64,000 bases of DNA from an uncultured delta proteobacterium (GCA_963814585.1 CAWFDF010000009.1:96001-160000), one strand, 5' to 3'; shown: positions 37,125-46,986, numbered from the stretch's first letter. Notes: generated by a model from the sequence alone, not told the origin. Numbers and translations: made by a program.

Positions 37125-39329
37125 ATGTTCACCGATCGTCGCGGCGCCGGCGCGCCCTGGCCCCTCCCGCTCGCCCTCGCGCTCGCCCTCCTGCTGGCCG
37201 CCTGCGGCGGGTCCGGGGAGCGGGTGCGGACCTGCTCCTCGGACGCCGAGTGCGGCCCGGGCGCGCTCTGCCTCCAGTCGGCCTGCGTGACCAACCGCCG
37301 GCCGGCGGTGACGCTGCAGCTCCCGGCCGCGCCCACCACCCACCGGGCCCTGGTCGTCGAGGCGACCGCGGCCGACTCCGACCCCGGCGACTCGATCACC
37401 CGCTTCGCCTGGACGGTCACGCCGGTCGGTGCCGCCTGCGACGCCGAGCCGGAGCCCAGCTCCGGCCCGGCGCTCGAGCTGGTCTTCTGGTGCGCCGGGA
37501 CCTACCAGGTGACGGTGGTCGCCGAGGACGCGCGCGGCGCCTCCAGCCTCGCGGCGACGCAGACCGTCGAGGTGGCGCCGGCCACGGGCGCGCCGGTGGT
37601 GACCACCCCGCCCGCGCTCGAGGTGGAGCACGCCTGCGGCGGGGCGCCCTTCGCCTGCCGGCCCGCGGCCGCCGGCCGCCCCATCGCCCTGCCGCTCTCG
37701 GCGACCGTCGACGACCCGGCCGGCGGCGCGCTGATCTCCCGCTGGCGCCTGATCCCACCGCCGGGCGCCGGCACCGACTGCACCGTGTCCTTCGCCCAGG
37801 GCGAGGCCAGCCTCACCAACCAGGCCTGGATGGAGAGCCGCGGGGTGATCGCCGGGACGTGGCGCTTCCGGCTGCGCGTCGCCGGCGCCACCGGCCTGCT
37901 CGGCCAGGCGGACCAGGTGGTGGTGATCGGCAACCGGCCGCCGGAGCTGGCCGGGCAGGCGGTGACGCTGGCGCACCGCCACGAGGGAGGCCGGTACCTG
38001 GCCAGCGGGCAGGTCGCCCTGCCGGCCACCGACCCGGACGGCGACCCGCTGACGCTGGTCGCCTCGCTCGACGAGGCCGGGACCGACGGCTGCACCTCGA
38101 GGGTCGGGGCGGTGACCTCCGGCTCGGTCGAAGTCGAGACCAGCTGCGCGGAGCCGGCCAGGCTGCTCGGCGCGGCCACCAGGATCCTGCGGGTGGTGGC
38201 GCGCGACGCCGGCGGCGGCGCCACCGAGGCGCTCTTTCCCATCGAGATCGGCAACCGCCCGCCGGTGGTCCGGCTGGCCTCCAACCCGGCCGGGGCCAGC
38301 GTGGCGGTGGATCACACCGTGGGCGCCTGCCCCGGCGGCGCCGGCGACTGCTACCTCGCCTCGGGCACGGCGGCGTTCGAGGCCGTCGATCCCGACGGCG
38401 ATCCCCTGCCCAGCCTCACGGTCGAGGGCCTGGTGGGGGCCTGGCACTCCCACTCCAGCGCCCGCGTGACCACCGCGGCCGGCGTGGCGTGGTTCGGCTT
38501 CGCCACCGCCGTCGGCTGGCCCACCGAGTTCCGGACGGCGAGCGGCGCCACCGGCTTCACGCTGCAGGCCAGCTCCGTCGACCCCTTCGGCGCCGCCACC
38601 ACCCTGCCGGTGGCCGTGGTGGTGGGCAACCGGCCGCCGCTGGTCAGGGCCACGGTCGCACGCATCGTCGTCCCCCACCGCTACGACGCCGGCCGTGGCG
38701 CCTGGGTCGCGGCCGCCTCGCCGGCCAGCTTCGAGGACCCGGACGGCGACCCGCTGCTGCCCGGCCCGGGCGGCGACGACCCGGCCTGCCGCACCGTCGC
38801 GGTCACCGGCGGCGCCGGCCAGGTCGAGTGCACCCTGGCCTACGCGCCCGCCTCCGGCCTCCCGCCGCTGGCCTCGTTCGTCGGAGACCACCGGGTCCCG
38901 GTGGGCGTCACCGACGGCTGGGCGGCGGTGGCGGCCCCGTCGACGGTCAGCATCCAGAACGGCTCGCCCGCGCTGCGGCCGTTCGCGGGCACGGTGGAGT
39001 CCTGCGCCTGCCGGTGCGCCAAGTGGAACGCCGACGGGAACGCCTGCCTCGGCCAGCCGACCGAGGTGGTCAACACCGCGGTGGTCCCGCTCCCGGTCCT
39101 GGTCGACGAGGCGGACGGCGACCCGCTCCAGGTCACCTTCACCGGGGTGATCCCGGCCGGGGGCGACCAGAAGACGGTGTTGCCCGGCTCCTGCGCGGCC
39201 ATCCTGTACAACCCGACGCTCCCCGTCACCGTGCAGGTCACGGTGGACGACGGCGTGGTCCAGTCGCAGACCGCCTCGACGGTGATCGGGGTGACCTGCC
39301 CGTCGCTCGGCCGGCCCTGCGAGCTGTGA
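37125..39329 (+). CDS. Large Cys-rich surface lipoprotein with repeated Ig/PKD/cadherin-like domains
   Basis: Lipobox LAAC, CSSDAECGPGALC, repeated GNRPP...DPDGDPL motifs. Confidence 0.8.
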   Translation: MFTDRRGAGAPWPLPLALALALLLAACGGSGERVRTCSSDAECGPGALCLQSACVTNRRPAVTLQLPAAPTTHRALVVEATAADSDPGDSITRFAWTVTPVGAACDAEPEPSSGPALELVFWCAGTYQVTVVAEDARGASSLAATQTVEVAPATGAPVVTTPPALEVEHACGGAPFACRPAAAGRPIALPLSATVDDPAGGALISRWRLIPPPGAGTDCTVSFAQGEASLTNQAWMESRGVIAGTWRFRLRVAGATGLLGQADQVVVIGNRPPELAGQAVTLAHRHEGGRYLASGQVALPATDPDGDPLTLVASLDEAGTDGCTSRVGAVTSGSVEVETSCAEPARLLGAATRILRVVARDAGGGATEALFPIEIGNRPPVVRLASNPAGASVAVDHTVGACPGGAGDCYLASGTAAFEAVDPDGDPLPSLTVEGLVGAWHSHSSARVTTAAGVAWFGFATAVGWPTEFRTASGATGFTLQASSVDPFGAATTLPVAVVVGNRPPLVRATVARIVVPHRYDAGRGAWVAAASPASFEDPDGDPLLPGPGGDDPACRTVAVTGGAGQVECTLAYAPASGLPPLASFVGDHRVPVGVTDGWAAVAAPSTVSIQNGSPALRPFAGTVESCACRCAKWNADGNACLGQPTEVVNTAVVPLPVLVDEADGDPLQVTFTGVIPAGGDQKTVLPGSCAAILYNPTLPVTVQVTVDDGVVQSQTASTVIGVTCPSLGRPCEL

Positions 39330-39335
39330 CCGGCG

Positions 39336-40793
39336 CTACGCGGTCGGCGCGCGGCTCGCCCGCTTGCGCTCCAGCGCGGCGTCGGCCGCCTGCGCCACCA
39401 GCTCCGGGCCGAGCGCCCGGTCGAGCACCGCGTCGGCCCCGGCGGCCTCGAGCTTCCGCTCCAGCTCGAGGTTCATCTTCCCGGTGACCACCACGATGGC
39501 GGGGCCGGGCTCGCCGCCGGTGGCGCGGATGGTCCGGACCAGGATCTCGCCGCCCCGGCCCGGCACGGCCACGTCGGTGAGCAGGAGATCGAGGCCGAGC
39601 AGGTCGTCGGAGACCAGCCGCAGCCCGTCGGGGCCGAGGGGCGCGGTGGCCACCTCGAAGCCGCGCTCGCCGAGGGCGTCGGCCACCAGCTGCCGGAACG
39701 GGCCGTCGTCGTCCATCACCACGGCCCGGCGCGGCCGCACCGAGAGGTGGGCGATGGCGGCCTGCAGGGCGGCCTCGCCCTCGGCGTCGAGCGTGAAGCG
39801 GACGCCCATGCCGTCCCGGTTGACGAAGGCCACCAGCGCCTGGGCGGAGAGCTCGGCGCCGTTGGGGAGCCGGAACTGGAGCGAGAGCGGCGTGCCCACC
39901 GGCATGGGCCTGGAGGAGCGGACGAAGGCGCCGCCGTGCGAGAGGTTCTCGACGAAGGCGGCCTCCAGCTCCCGGTCGGTGGCGTACTCGATGGTCGCCC
40001 CCGGCGGAGCCGGCGCCGGCGCTCCGGCCGCGCCGGGAGCCACCTTGACCGGGGCCCGGACCGCGTAGCGGGGCGCGACGCGGGCGCCCGGGGTGGCGCC
40101 GCCAGCGTGCCGCTCCAGCAGGGCGCGGATGGAGGGGGCCGCCTCGGGGATGGCGAGCGAGAAGCCCGCCAGCTTCCCCGGCCCCGCCTCGGCCGCGGCG
40201 CGCCGGCCGGTCACCCGGGTCCGCACGCCGACCGGCTTCTCGACGCCGGCGGCGCGGACCACCAGCATCACCTCGTCGCCGAGCGGCGGCGCCAGCGGCG
40301 ACGGCAGGAAGAGCTCGCGCAGGAACGGCTCGTAGGAGGCGCCCTCCCAGCCCGGACCGCCGGCGTCGACCACCAGCATGGGCCGGTCGGCCGCCGCGCG
40401 GCGGCGCGAGGCCGGCGCCCCGGCCTCGGTGAAGAGCGACCCGGCGGCCTCGAAGAGCGCGCCGGGCGGGATCGCCCTCCGCTTCAGCTCGCACCCCTCG
40501 AGGTGGGCCTGGAAGGCGGTGCGCTCGCCGTCCGCCATGGCGTCCAGCGAGAGGGCCCGGCCGCCAGCCCGCGCCGTCCAGAAGGCCAGCCGGGCCCGGA
40601 TGGCCTCGCCGAAGGCCCCGGAGGCGAAGCGCAGCGCCACCACCAGGTAGCCCGACGAGGTGCGGAAGACCAGGTCGCACTCCTCCAGGGCCGGCCCGAG
40701 CAGCAGCGGCAGCGAGCAGACCAGCCGCTCGGCCGCCAGCAGGCGGGCGCCGGTGGCGCGGACGAAGACGCAGACGTACTCGACGTGGCTCAT
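39336..40793 (-). CDS. PilZ-domain / response-regulator receiver hybrid
   Basis: RVAPR, ENLSHGGAFV (myxobacterial PilZ-type), C-terminal VVMDDD...LLTDV receiver. Confidence 0.8.
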   Translation of the reverse strand: MSHVEYVCVFVRATGARLLAAERLVCSLPLLLGPALEECDLVFRTSSGYLVVALRFASGAFGEAIRARLAFWTARAGGRALSLDAMADGERTAFQAHLEGCELKRRAIPPGALFEAAGSLFTEAGAPASRRRAAADRPMLVVDAGGPGWEGASYEPFLRELFLPSPLAPPLGDEVMLVVRAAGVEKPVGVRTRVTGRRAAAEAGPGKLAGFSLAIPEAAPSIRALLERHAGGATPGARVAPRYAVRAPVKVAPGAAGAPAPAPPGATIEYATDRELEAAFVENLSHGGAFVRSSRPMPVGTPLSLQFRLPNGAELSAQALVAFVNRDGMGVRFTLDAEGEAALQAAIAHLSVRPRRAVVMDDDGPFRQLVADALGERGFEVATAPLGPDGLRLVSDDLLGLDLLLTDVAVPGRGGEILVRTIRATGGEPGPAIVVVTGKMNLELERKLEAAGADAVLDRALGPELVAQAADAALERKRASRAPTA

Positions 40794-40882
40794 GGTGGTC
40801 GGCCCGGGTATCAGATACACCCGGCGAACGGTGGACGCACCGGGAAGCGCTTCGTGACTCCGGATCGACCCGGCGCCCCCAT

Positions 40883-41548
40883 TCAGCGCGAGATGCAGGT
40901 GGCGCCGCCGCCGCGCACCAGCGCCGCGCAGGTCCCGCCGCCGGTGATCTCGACGTGGCTCTGGTCGGCGGCGGAGCCGACCACGTCGCCCGCCGAGTGG
41001 ACCCGGAGCGTCGAGCCCCCGGTCAGCAGCACGTTGGCGCCGGCCACCGGGTAGGCGAAGGCATCCAGCCCGGAGCCGCCCGACAGGCTGACCCGGAGCT
41101 GCTGGCCGCCGGGGCCCTGCAGCTGCACGTTGCTGAGCCCGGCCGCCTCGACCTCGAAGGTGAAGCCGGCCACCGCGCTGCCCGCCCCCTTGACGTCCAC
41201 GTTCGAGGCCCCGGTGGCCCGGACGGCGCGGAGCGCCTTGGCCTGCGCCACGATCCGCAGCGGGTGGACCGAGTCGATCCCCTCGATCCCGTGGAGCCGG
41301 GTCCTGAGGACGCCGTCCTCCACCGGGGTGAGCACGTACTGGAGCAGGTTCTCGTCGCCGCTGATGCTGACCGCCTGCGCGGTGGCGTTGGCGGTGATGG
41401 TGGCCTCGATGGCGAGATCGATGTCGGCGGCGTCGAACGGCGGCACGGTCCGCTGCTCCTGGCCCAGCACGCCGTTGCCCGACACGTGCGGGTTGCAGGC
41501 GGAGAGCGCGAGCGCGCCGAGGAGGCTGATCAGGAGGTGGCGGTCCAT
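40883..41548 (-). CDS. DUF2807/GIN-domain lipoprotein
   Basis: Lipobox LSAC, VSGNG...R.VPPF, GDENLL, repeated GAS/GGS beta-solenoid units. Confidence 0.8.
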   Translation of the reverse strand: MDRHLLISLLGALALSACNPHVSGNGVLGQEQRTVPPFDAADIDLAIEATITANATAQAVSISGDENLLQYVLTPVEDGVLRTRLHGIEGIDSVHPLRIVAQAKALRAVRATGASNVDVKGAGSAVAGFTFEVEAAGLSNVQLQGPGGQQLRVSLSGGSGLDAFAYPVAGANVLLTGGSTLRVHSAGDVVGSAADQSHVEITGGGTCAALVRGGGATCISR

Positions 41549-41708
41549 GTTCGGGTCCAGCGCTGGCCGGTCGAGCCAGGGGTGGGGGTGGTCGGTCGAG
41601 CCGATGGGCTGCATCCTACTTCCAACCCGCGGCGCCGCCCAGCGCGCCGCCTCCCACCTCGGCGCACCTCCACGGCCCTGGCCGGGTCGAGGCGGCCGCC
41701 GGAGCGGA

Positions 41709-43577
41709 TCACGCCGGGGGCTCCCGGTCCCAGGCGCTGCGCCACGCGCCGGTGTCCTGGGCGTGGCGGAGGAACCGCTCGTAGAACGGGTGGCGCGCCA
41801 CGGTGGCCCCGTCGCCCACCACCACCAGCTTCTTGCGGGCGCGGGTGAGCGCCACGTTCATGCGCCGCACGTCGGCGAGGAAGCCGACCTCGCCGGCCGG
41901 GTTGGCGCGCACCAGGCTGACCACCACCGCCTCCTTCTCGCGCCCCTGGAAGCCGTCGACGGTGTCGACCTCCAGCCCCTGCTCGACCCGCGCCGAGAGC
42001 AGCGCCCGCAGCCGCTGCACCTGCCCCTCGTAGGGGGAGATCACCGCCACCTCGGCCGGCGCCACGCCGAGCGCCAGCACCCGCTCCACCTCGGCGGCGC
42101 AGAGCCGGGCCTCGCCCTCGTTGTCGCGGCTGTCGGAGCCCTCCGGCGTGGCCTCCTCGAAGCCGCGGCCGCTGGTGTCGATCACCTCGAGCGGCGCGCC
42201 GTCGAGGGCGTGGTGGGCCACCGCGGGGTGGGCCCGCAGGGCCCCGCCGTAGAGCGCCTCGGAGGGGAAGCGCATGATGGCCTCGTTCATGCGGTGCTGC
42301 TCGGTGAGCATCACCCCGACGGCGCCGCCGTGCCGCGCGACCAGCCGCTCGAAGAGCGAGATCCCCAGCCCGCCGGCCTGGGCCGCCGCCGAGAGGACGG
42401 TGGGCGGCAGCTGCAGGTGGTCGCCGGCCAGCACGGCGCGGTCGGCGTGCAGCAGCGCCAGCCAGGCGGCCGGCTCCACCGCCTGCGTCGCCTCGTCGAT
42501 CACCACCAGGGGGAAGCGCCGCCCCGAGAGCGCCCGCCCGGCGAGGCCGGTGAGCGTGGCCAGCACCACCGGCGCCCGGTCCAGCACCTCGTCCTGGGCC
42601 CGCGCCTCCAGCGCCCGCGCCTCGGCGAGCAGCCCGCGGGCGTCGCGCTCGGCCACCCGGGCCTCGGAGAAGCGCCCGGGCCCCCGGCGCTGCCGGCGGC
42701 GGGAGGCCGAGCGGCGCAGCGCCAGCGCCTCGGCCACCAGCCCGGCCGCGATGCGCGAGCGCTCATGGGCCGCGGTCCGCGCCTCGAGGGTGTGGTCGAG
42801 CAGCGACTCGAGCACGCGGGCCGGGTGGCCGACGCGGACCCCGTCGACGCCGGCGGCGACCAGCCGCTCCAGCAGGTTGTCGACCGCCAGGTTGGAGGGC
42901 GCGCAGGCCAGCACCCGCTCGCCGCGCGCCACCGCCCGCCGGATCAGCTCGACCAGCACGGTGGTCTTGCCGGTGCCGGGCGGCCCGTGGACCAGCGCCA
43001 GGTCCAGGGCCCGCTCGGCGAGGACCAGGGCGGCGCGCTGCTCCTGGTGGAGCGGACCGGCCGGCTCGGGCCCGCCCGGGCCGGGCCCGAAGCGCGGCGC
43101 GGCGCCGGCGAGCAGCGGGCGCCAGCGCCGGCCCTCCTCGCCCGCCATGCGCCGCAGGCCGGCGCCGAGCCGCTCCCAGGTCACCGGCGAGGGCTCCAGC
43201 TCCAGCACCACCCGGCCGTCCACGGCCCAGTCGGGAGGCGGCTCGTCGAAGACCACGGCGACGCGGCTCCGGGTGCGGCGCGCCACCACCCCCGAGGGCT
43301 CGTCGTCGCGCGGCTCCTTCCGGAGGCGCACCGTCACCAGGGCGCCGATCCCGATGCGCCCGCCCTCGATCGGCCGACCCCGCCGCTCGTAGGCCACCAG
43401 CGCCCGCCCCGCCAGGCTCCCCTCCTCGACCGCCTCGACGCCGGCGACGGCGAGGCCGCGCGCCTCCCGCTCCCCGAGGGTCAGCCTGGAGCGGGCGTCG
43501 ACGAGGCGTGACCGCTCCTCGTCGCGCTCCGCGTCGAGCAGCCGCCTCAGCTGCTCGCAGTGAACGTCGAACTCCAC
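41709..43577 (-). CDS. IGHMBP2/Upf1-like SF1 helicase
   Basis: GPPGTGKT, PSNLAVDN, IDEATQ, GDHLQLPP, QHRM, VDGFQGREK, RRMNVALTRA. Confidence 0.93.
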   Translation of the reverse strand: MEFDVHCEQLRRLLDAERDEERSRLVDARSRLTLGEREARGLAVAGVEAVEEGSLAGRALVAYERRGRPIEGGRIGIGALVTVRLRKEPRDDEPSGVVARRTRSRVAVVFDEPPPDWAVDGRVVLELEPSPVTWERLGAGLRRMAGEEGRRWRPLLAGAAPRFGPGPGGPEPAGPLHQEQRAALVLAERALDLALVHGPPGTGKTTVLVELIRRAVARGERVLACAPSNLAVDNLLERLVAAGVDGVRVGHPARVLESLLDHTLEARTAAHERSRIAAGLVAEALALRRSASRRRQRRGPGRFSEARVAERDARGLLAEARALEARAQDEVLDRAPVVLATLTGLAGRALSGRRFPLVVIDEATQAVEPAAWLALLHADRAVLAGDHLQLPPTVLSAAAQAGGLGISLFERLVARHGGAVGVMLTEQHRMNEAIMRFPSEALYGGALRAHPAVAHHALDGAPLEVIDTSGRGFEEATPEGSDSRDNEGEARLCAAEVERVLALGVAPAEVAVISPYEGQVQRLRALLSARVEQGLEVDTVDGFQGREKEAVVVSLVRANPAGEVGFLADVRRMNVALTRARKKLVVVGDGATVARHPFYERFLRHAQDTGAWRSAWDREPPA

Positions 43578-43804
43578 GCCGCCCCTTCATACGCTGCCCC
43601 GAAGGCGTGCGCCGCCCGATTCGCGCTCCATGCGGGTCGGGTCGGTGGGATGACTCGGGCGGGCCCCTGGGGTCAGAGGCACCCCGCCACGCCTCGTGCC
43701 GGCCCGGCGGAATCGACACGGAAGTACCTTAACTTACACGCCATTGTCCTCGGGCCCCAGTCGGGTCGTGACCGCGAACGGATCGTGCACTGGGTGCGGC
43801 CGCC

Positions 43805-44758
43805 ATGGCCACCACGCCCGCCGTCTCCGCCCCGCCGCTGCGCCCGCTCGCCGGCGAGCCCATGGCCCCGCGCCCGCACCGGGAAGGCAGCGAGCTCCAG
43901 CGGTTGCTGCTGGACCTGCGCGCCGATCCGCCGGAGGAGCGCGGGCCGGCCCACACCGCCCGACGCGCCATGTTCGCCGAGGTGCTGGCCGCCATCGGGC
44001 GCCAGGCCGTCGGCAGCGGCCCGCTCGAGCCGCTCCTCGCCAGCGCCTGCGCGCTCATCGGCGAGACGCTCTCGGTGGCCGCCACGGCGCTGCTCGAGCC
44101 GTCCGAGGCCCCGGATCGGCTGGTGGTGCGCGCCGCCGCCGGACGCCTGGCCGGCTCCCTCGGAGAGGAGCTGGGCGGTGGCCTGGGTCCGGCGGCCGGA
44201 TCCGGCCCGCGGCCGGGCGACGCCTTCCTGGCGCGCCACGGCCTGGCCTCCTCGGCCATGGTGGCGCTGCCGGGGCCGTCGGGGCCGCTCGGCCTCCTCG
44301 GCGCCTGGGAGACCGGCTTCCGCGCCTTCGCGCCGGACGAGCTCCGCTTCCTCGAGGCGGCGGCCAGCTCGCTCTCCGCCGCCATGCTCCGCCACCACGC
44401 CGAGCTGGAGCGGCTGCGGCTCTCCGCCAGGCTCGAAGCGCCCGAGCGGACGGAGTCGCCGGGCCTCTCGACCAGCGCGGTGGCCCGCGAGTTCGACAAC
44501 CCGCTCTCCTACGTCACCGCCAACATGACCTTCGTCGCCGAGGAGATGGCGATGCTGACCCGGCGGCTGGAGGCGGTGAAGGGGTCCGAGGGCTGGCCGG
44601 GCGAGCCGGGGACGGGCGAGCCCGGCCTGGCCGAGTCGGCGCGCCAGATCGTCGACGCCGCGGCCGACGCCCGCGACGGGGTGGCCAAGCTGCGAGGGCT
44701 GGTGCGCGAGCTGCAGTCGCTCACGCACCCCCTGGTGGCCAGGCCGCGGTGGAAGTGA
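43805..44758 (+). CDS. GAF domain plus degenerate HisKA (no His, no ATPase domain)
   Basis: GAF end FAPDELRFLEAAA; H-box reads AVAREFDNPLSYV; ends LVRELQSL. Confidence 0.7.
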   Translation: MATTPAVSAPPLRPLAGEPMAPRPHREGSELQRLLLDLRADPPEERGPAHTARRAMFAEVLAAIGRQAVGSGPLEPLLASACALIGETLSVAATALLEPSEAPDRLVVRAAAGRLAGSLGEELGGGLGPAAGSGPRPGDAFLARHGLASSAMVALPGPSGPLGLLGAWETGFRAFAPDELRFLEAAASSLSAAMLRHHAELERLRLSARLEAPERTESPGLSTSAVAREFDNPLSYVTANMTFVAEEMAMLTRRLEAVKGSEGWPGEPGTGEPGLAESARQIVDAAADARDGVAKLRGLVRELQSLTHPLVARPRWK

Positions 44759-44814
44759 GGGCGCCGGGCCGGGTTCCCGGCTGGCCGGCCGCGGCGGCGC
44801 GCTATCATCCCTCC

Positions 44815-45138
44815 ATGGCGGGCGATCCCGAGGACGGCGATCCCTTCGGCGGACCGGTCGAGCTGCCGCTCGACGGCGTGCTCGACCTGCACGCCTTCGC
44901 GCCGGACCAGGTCGGCGAGCTGGTGCCCGCCTGGCTCGACGCCAGCCACGCCGCCGGGCTGAGGGCGCTGCGCATCATCCACGGCAAGGGGACGGGCGCG
45001 CTGCGCCGCCGCGTCGAGGCCCTGCTCGGCCGCCACCCGCTGGTGGCGGCCTTCCGGCCCGGCGACGAGGCGGCCGGAGGCTGGGGGGCCACCCTGGTGA
45101 CGCTGCGGGAGGTGGCACCACATCCTCCCGGATCCTGA
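44815..45138 (+). CDS. Stand-alone Smr/MutS2-domain protein
   Basis: LDLHAF, RIIHGKGTGAL, GGWGAT. Confidence 0.9.
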   Translation: MAGDPEDGDPFGGPVELPLDGVLDLHAFAPDQVGELVPAWLDASHAAGLRALRIIHGKGTGALRRRVEALLGRHPLVAAFRPGDEAAGGWGATLVTLREVAPHPPGS

Positions 45139-45288
45139 GCCGGTTCGCCGTGGTACCCTCCCGCGCCGGACGGATCCCCCGGTTCGCCTCACCAGGCGGC
45201 GTGAGCGAAGTTCACCGGTTCGTCACAGGCCGCGTTTGACTGATGCACCGAAACGAGTTACCTCCGCGCGGCCCCTCCAGGAGAACAC

Positions 45289-45918
45289 ATGCTCCAGCGC
45301 TTGATGCCGAAGTCGGATGATTTCTTTTCGGATTTCGAGGCCCAGGCCGCGGCGGTGGTGGAGGGGGCGGGGCTGCTCAAGGCCCTGCTCGACGACTTCA
45401 CCGACGTGCCGGCCAAGTGCCAGGCCATCAAGGACGTCGAGCACCGCGCCGACGACATCACCCACCGCGCCTTCGAGCGGCTCCACACCCAGTTCATCAC
45501 CCCGTTCGACCGCTCCGAGATCCACCGCATCCTCTCGCGCATCGACGACGTGCTCGACCTGGCCGACGCGGCCTCGGAGCGGCTCGGCCTCTACGACATC
45601 GACACCGTGCTCCCCGAGTCGCGCGAGCTGGCCGCGGTGCTGGTGGAGCAGGTGCGCAAGATGGAGGAGGCGGTCAAGGGGCTGCGGAACATGAAGAAGG
45701 ACCCGCAGACCATCCTGGCCGCCTGCCAGGAGATGAACAAGCTGGAGAACCAGGCGGACACCCTGACCCGCAAGACCATGGCCAAGCTCTTCAAGCGCGG
45801 CAACGACCCGCTCACGGTGATGAAGTGGAAGGAGATCGTCGACCTCATCGAGGAGGCCACCGACCGGGCCGAGGACGTCGCCAACGTGATCGAGGGCGTG
45901 GTCCTCGAGCACGCCTGA
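45289..45918 (+). CDS. DUF47 (PhoU-like) Pit accessory protein
   Basis: EHRADDI, FITPFDR, ATDRAEDVA; precedes pit. Confidence 0.92.
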   Translation: MLQRLMPKSDDFFSDFEAQAAAVVEGAGLLKALLDDFTDVPAKCQAIKDVEHRADDITHRAFERLHTQFITPFDRSEIHRILSRIDDVLDLADAASERLGLYDIDTVLPESRELAAVLVEQVRKMEEAVKGLRNMKKDPQTILAACQEMNKLENQADTLTRKTMAKLFKRGNDPLTVMKWKEIVDLIEEATDRAEDVANVIEGVVLEHA

Positions 45919-45942
45919 GCCGCCCGCCCCCGGACCTCCGCC

Positions 45943-46986
45943 ATGCTCCTCTACGCCGTTGTCGCCGGGCTGATCCTCGTCGCCCTCGGCTTCGACTTCA
46001 TCAACGGCTTCCACGACGCCGCCAACTCGATCGCCACGGTGGTCTCGACCCGGGTGCTGACGCCCATGAAGGCGGTGGCCTGGGCCGCCTTCTTCAACTT
46101 CATCGCGGCGGCGCCGGTCCTCTGGGGGGCCCAGCTCAAGGTGGCCAACACCATGGGCAAGGGGGTCATCCACTTCGACATGCTGAAGGCCATGGGGACC
46201 ACCATGGTGCTGGTGGTGATCTTCGCCTCGCTGGTGGGGGCCATCGCCTGGAACCTGCTCACCTGGTACTGGGGGCTGCCGTCCTCCTCGTCCCACGCCC
46301 TGGCCGGCGGCATGATCGGCGCCACCCTGCCGGCGCTCGGGACCTCCGGCCTGGTCGGCTCGGGCATCCTCAAGATCTCGATGTTCATCGTGCTCTCACC
46401 GCTCATCGGCATGGTGCTCGGCATCACCATGATGGTGGCCACCACCTGGATCGTGCAGAGGTTCACCCCGGCCAAGGTCGACACCTGGTTCCGCAAGCTG
46501 CAGCTGGTCTCGGCGGCCATCTTCTCCTACAGCCACGGCACCAACGACGCCCAGAAGGTGATGGGCATCATCGGCATCGTGCTCTTCGGGACCGTCCTGC
46601 AGGGGCAGGAGTTCCACATCCCGCTCTGGGTGGTGCTGGCCTGCCACCTGGCCATCGGCCTCGGCACCTTCTTCGGCGGCTGGCGCATCGTCAAGACCAT
46701 GGGGACCGGCCTCACCAAGCTGCAGCCCATCGGCGGCTTCTGCGCCGAGACCGGCGGCGGCGTCACCATCCTGGCGCTGGCCCACTGGGGCATCCCGGTC
46801 TCCACCACCCACACCATCACCGGCGCCATCGTCGGGGTGGGGGCCACCCGGGGGTCGCGGGCGGTCCGCTGGGGCGTGGCCGGCCGGATCATCTGGGCGT
46901 GGATCTTCACGATTCCGGCCTCGGCGCTGGCCGCGGCGATCGTCTACGGGCTGACCCAGGTGGCGGTCCGCGCCCTGGGCGGCTGA
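45943..46986 (+). CDS. pit: Inorganic phosphate transporter (PiT family)
   Basis: NGFHDAANSIAT, PSSSSHA, HGTNDAQK, PVSTTH. Confidence 0.95.
   Translation: MLLYAVVAGLILVALGFDFINGFHDAANSIATVVSTRVLTPMKAVAWAAFFNFIAAAPVLWGAQLKVANTMGKGVIHFDMLKAMGTTMVLVVIFASLVGAIAWNLLTWYWGLPSSSSHALAGGMIGATLPALGTSGLVGSGILKISMFIVLSPLIGMVLGITMMVATTWIVQRFTPAKVDTWFRKLQLVSAAIFSYSHGTNDAQKVMGIIGIVLFGTVLQGQEFHIPLWVVLACHLAIGLGTFFGGWRIVKTMGTGLTKLQPIGGFCAETGGGVTILALAHWGIPVSTTHTITGAIVGVGATRGSRAVRWGVAGRIIWAWIFTIPASALAAAIVYGLTQVAVRALGG

Noticed and set aside
43669..43686. GGGGTCAGAG as a third copy of the RAYT-flanking motif
   Set aside because: Shares only CAGAG and lacks the GTAGTT core
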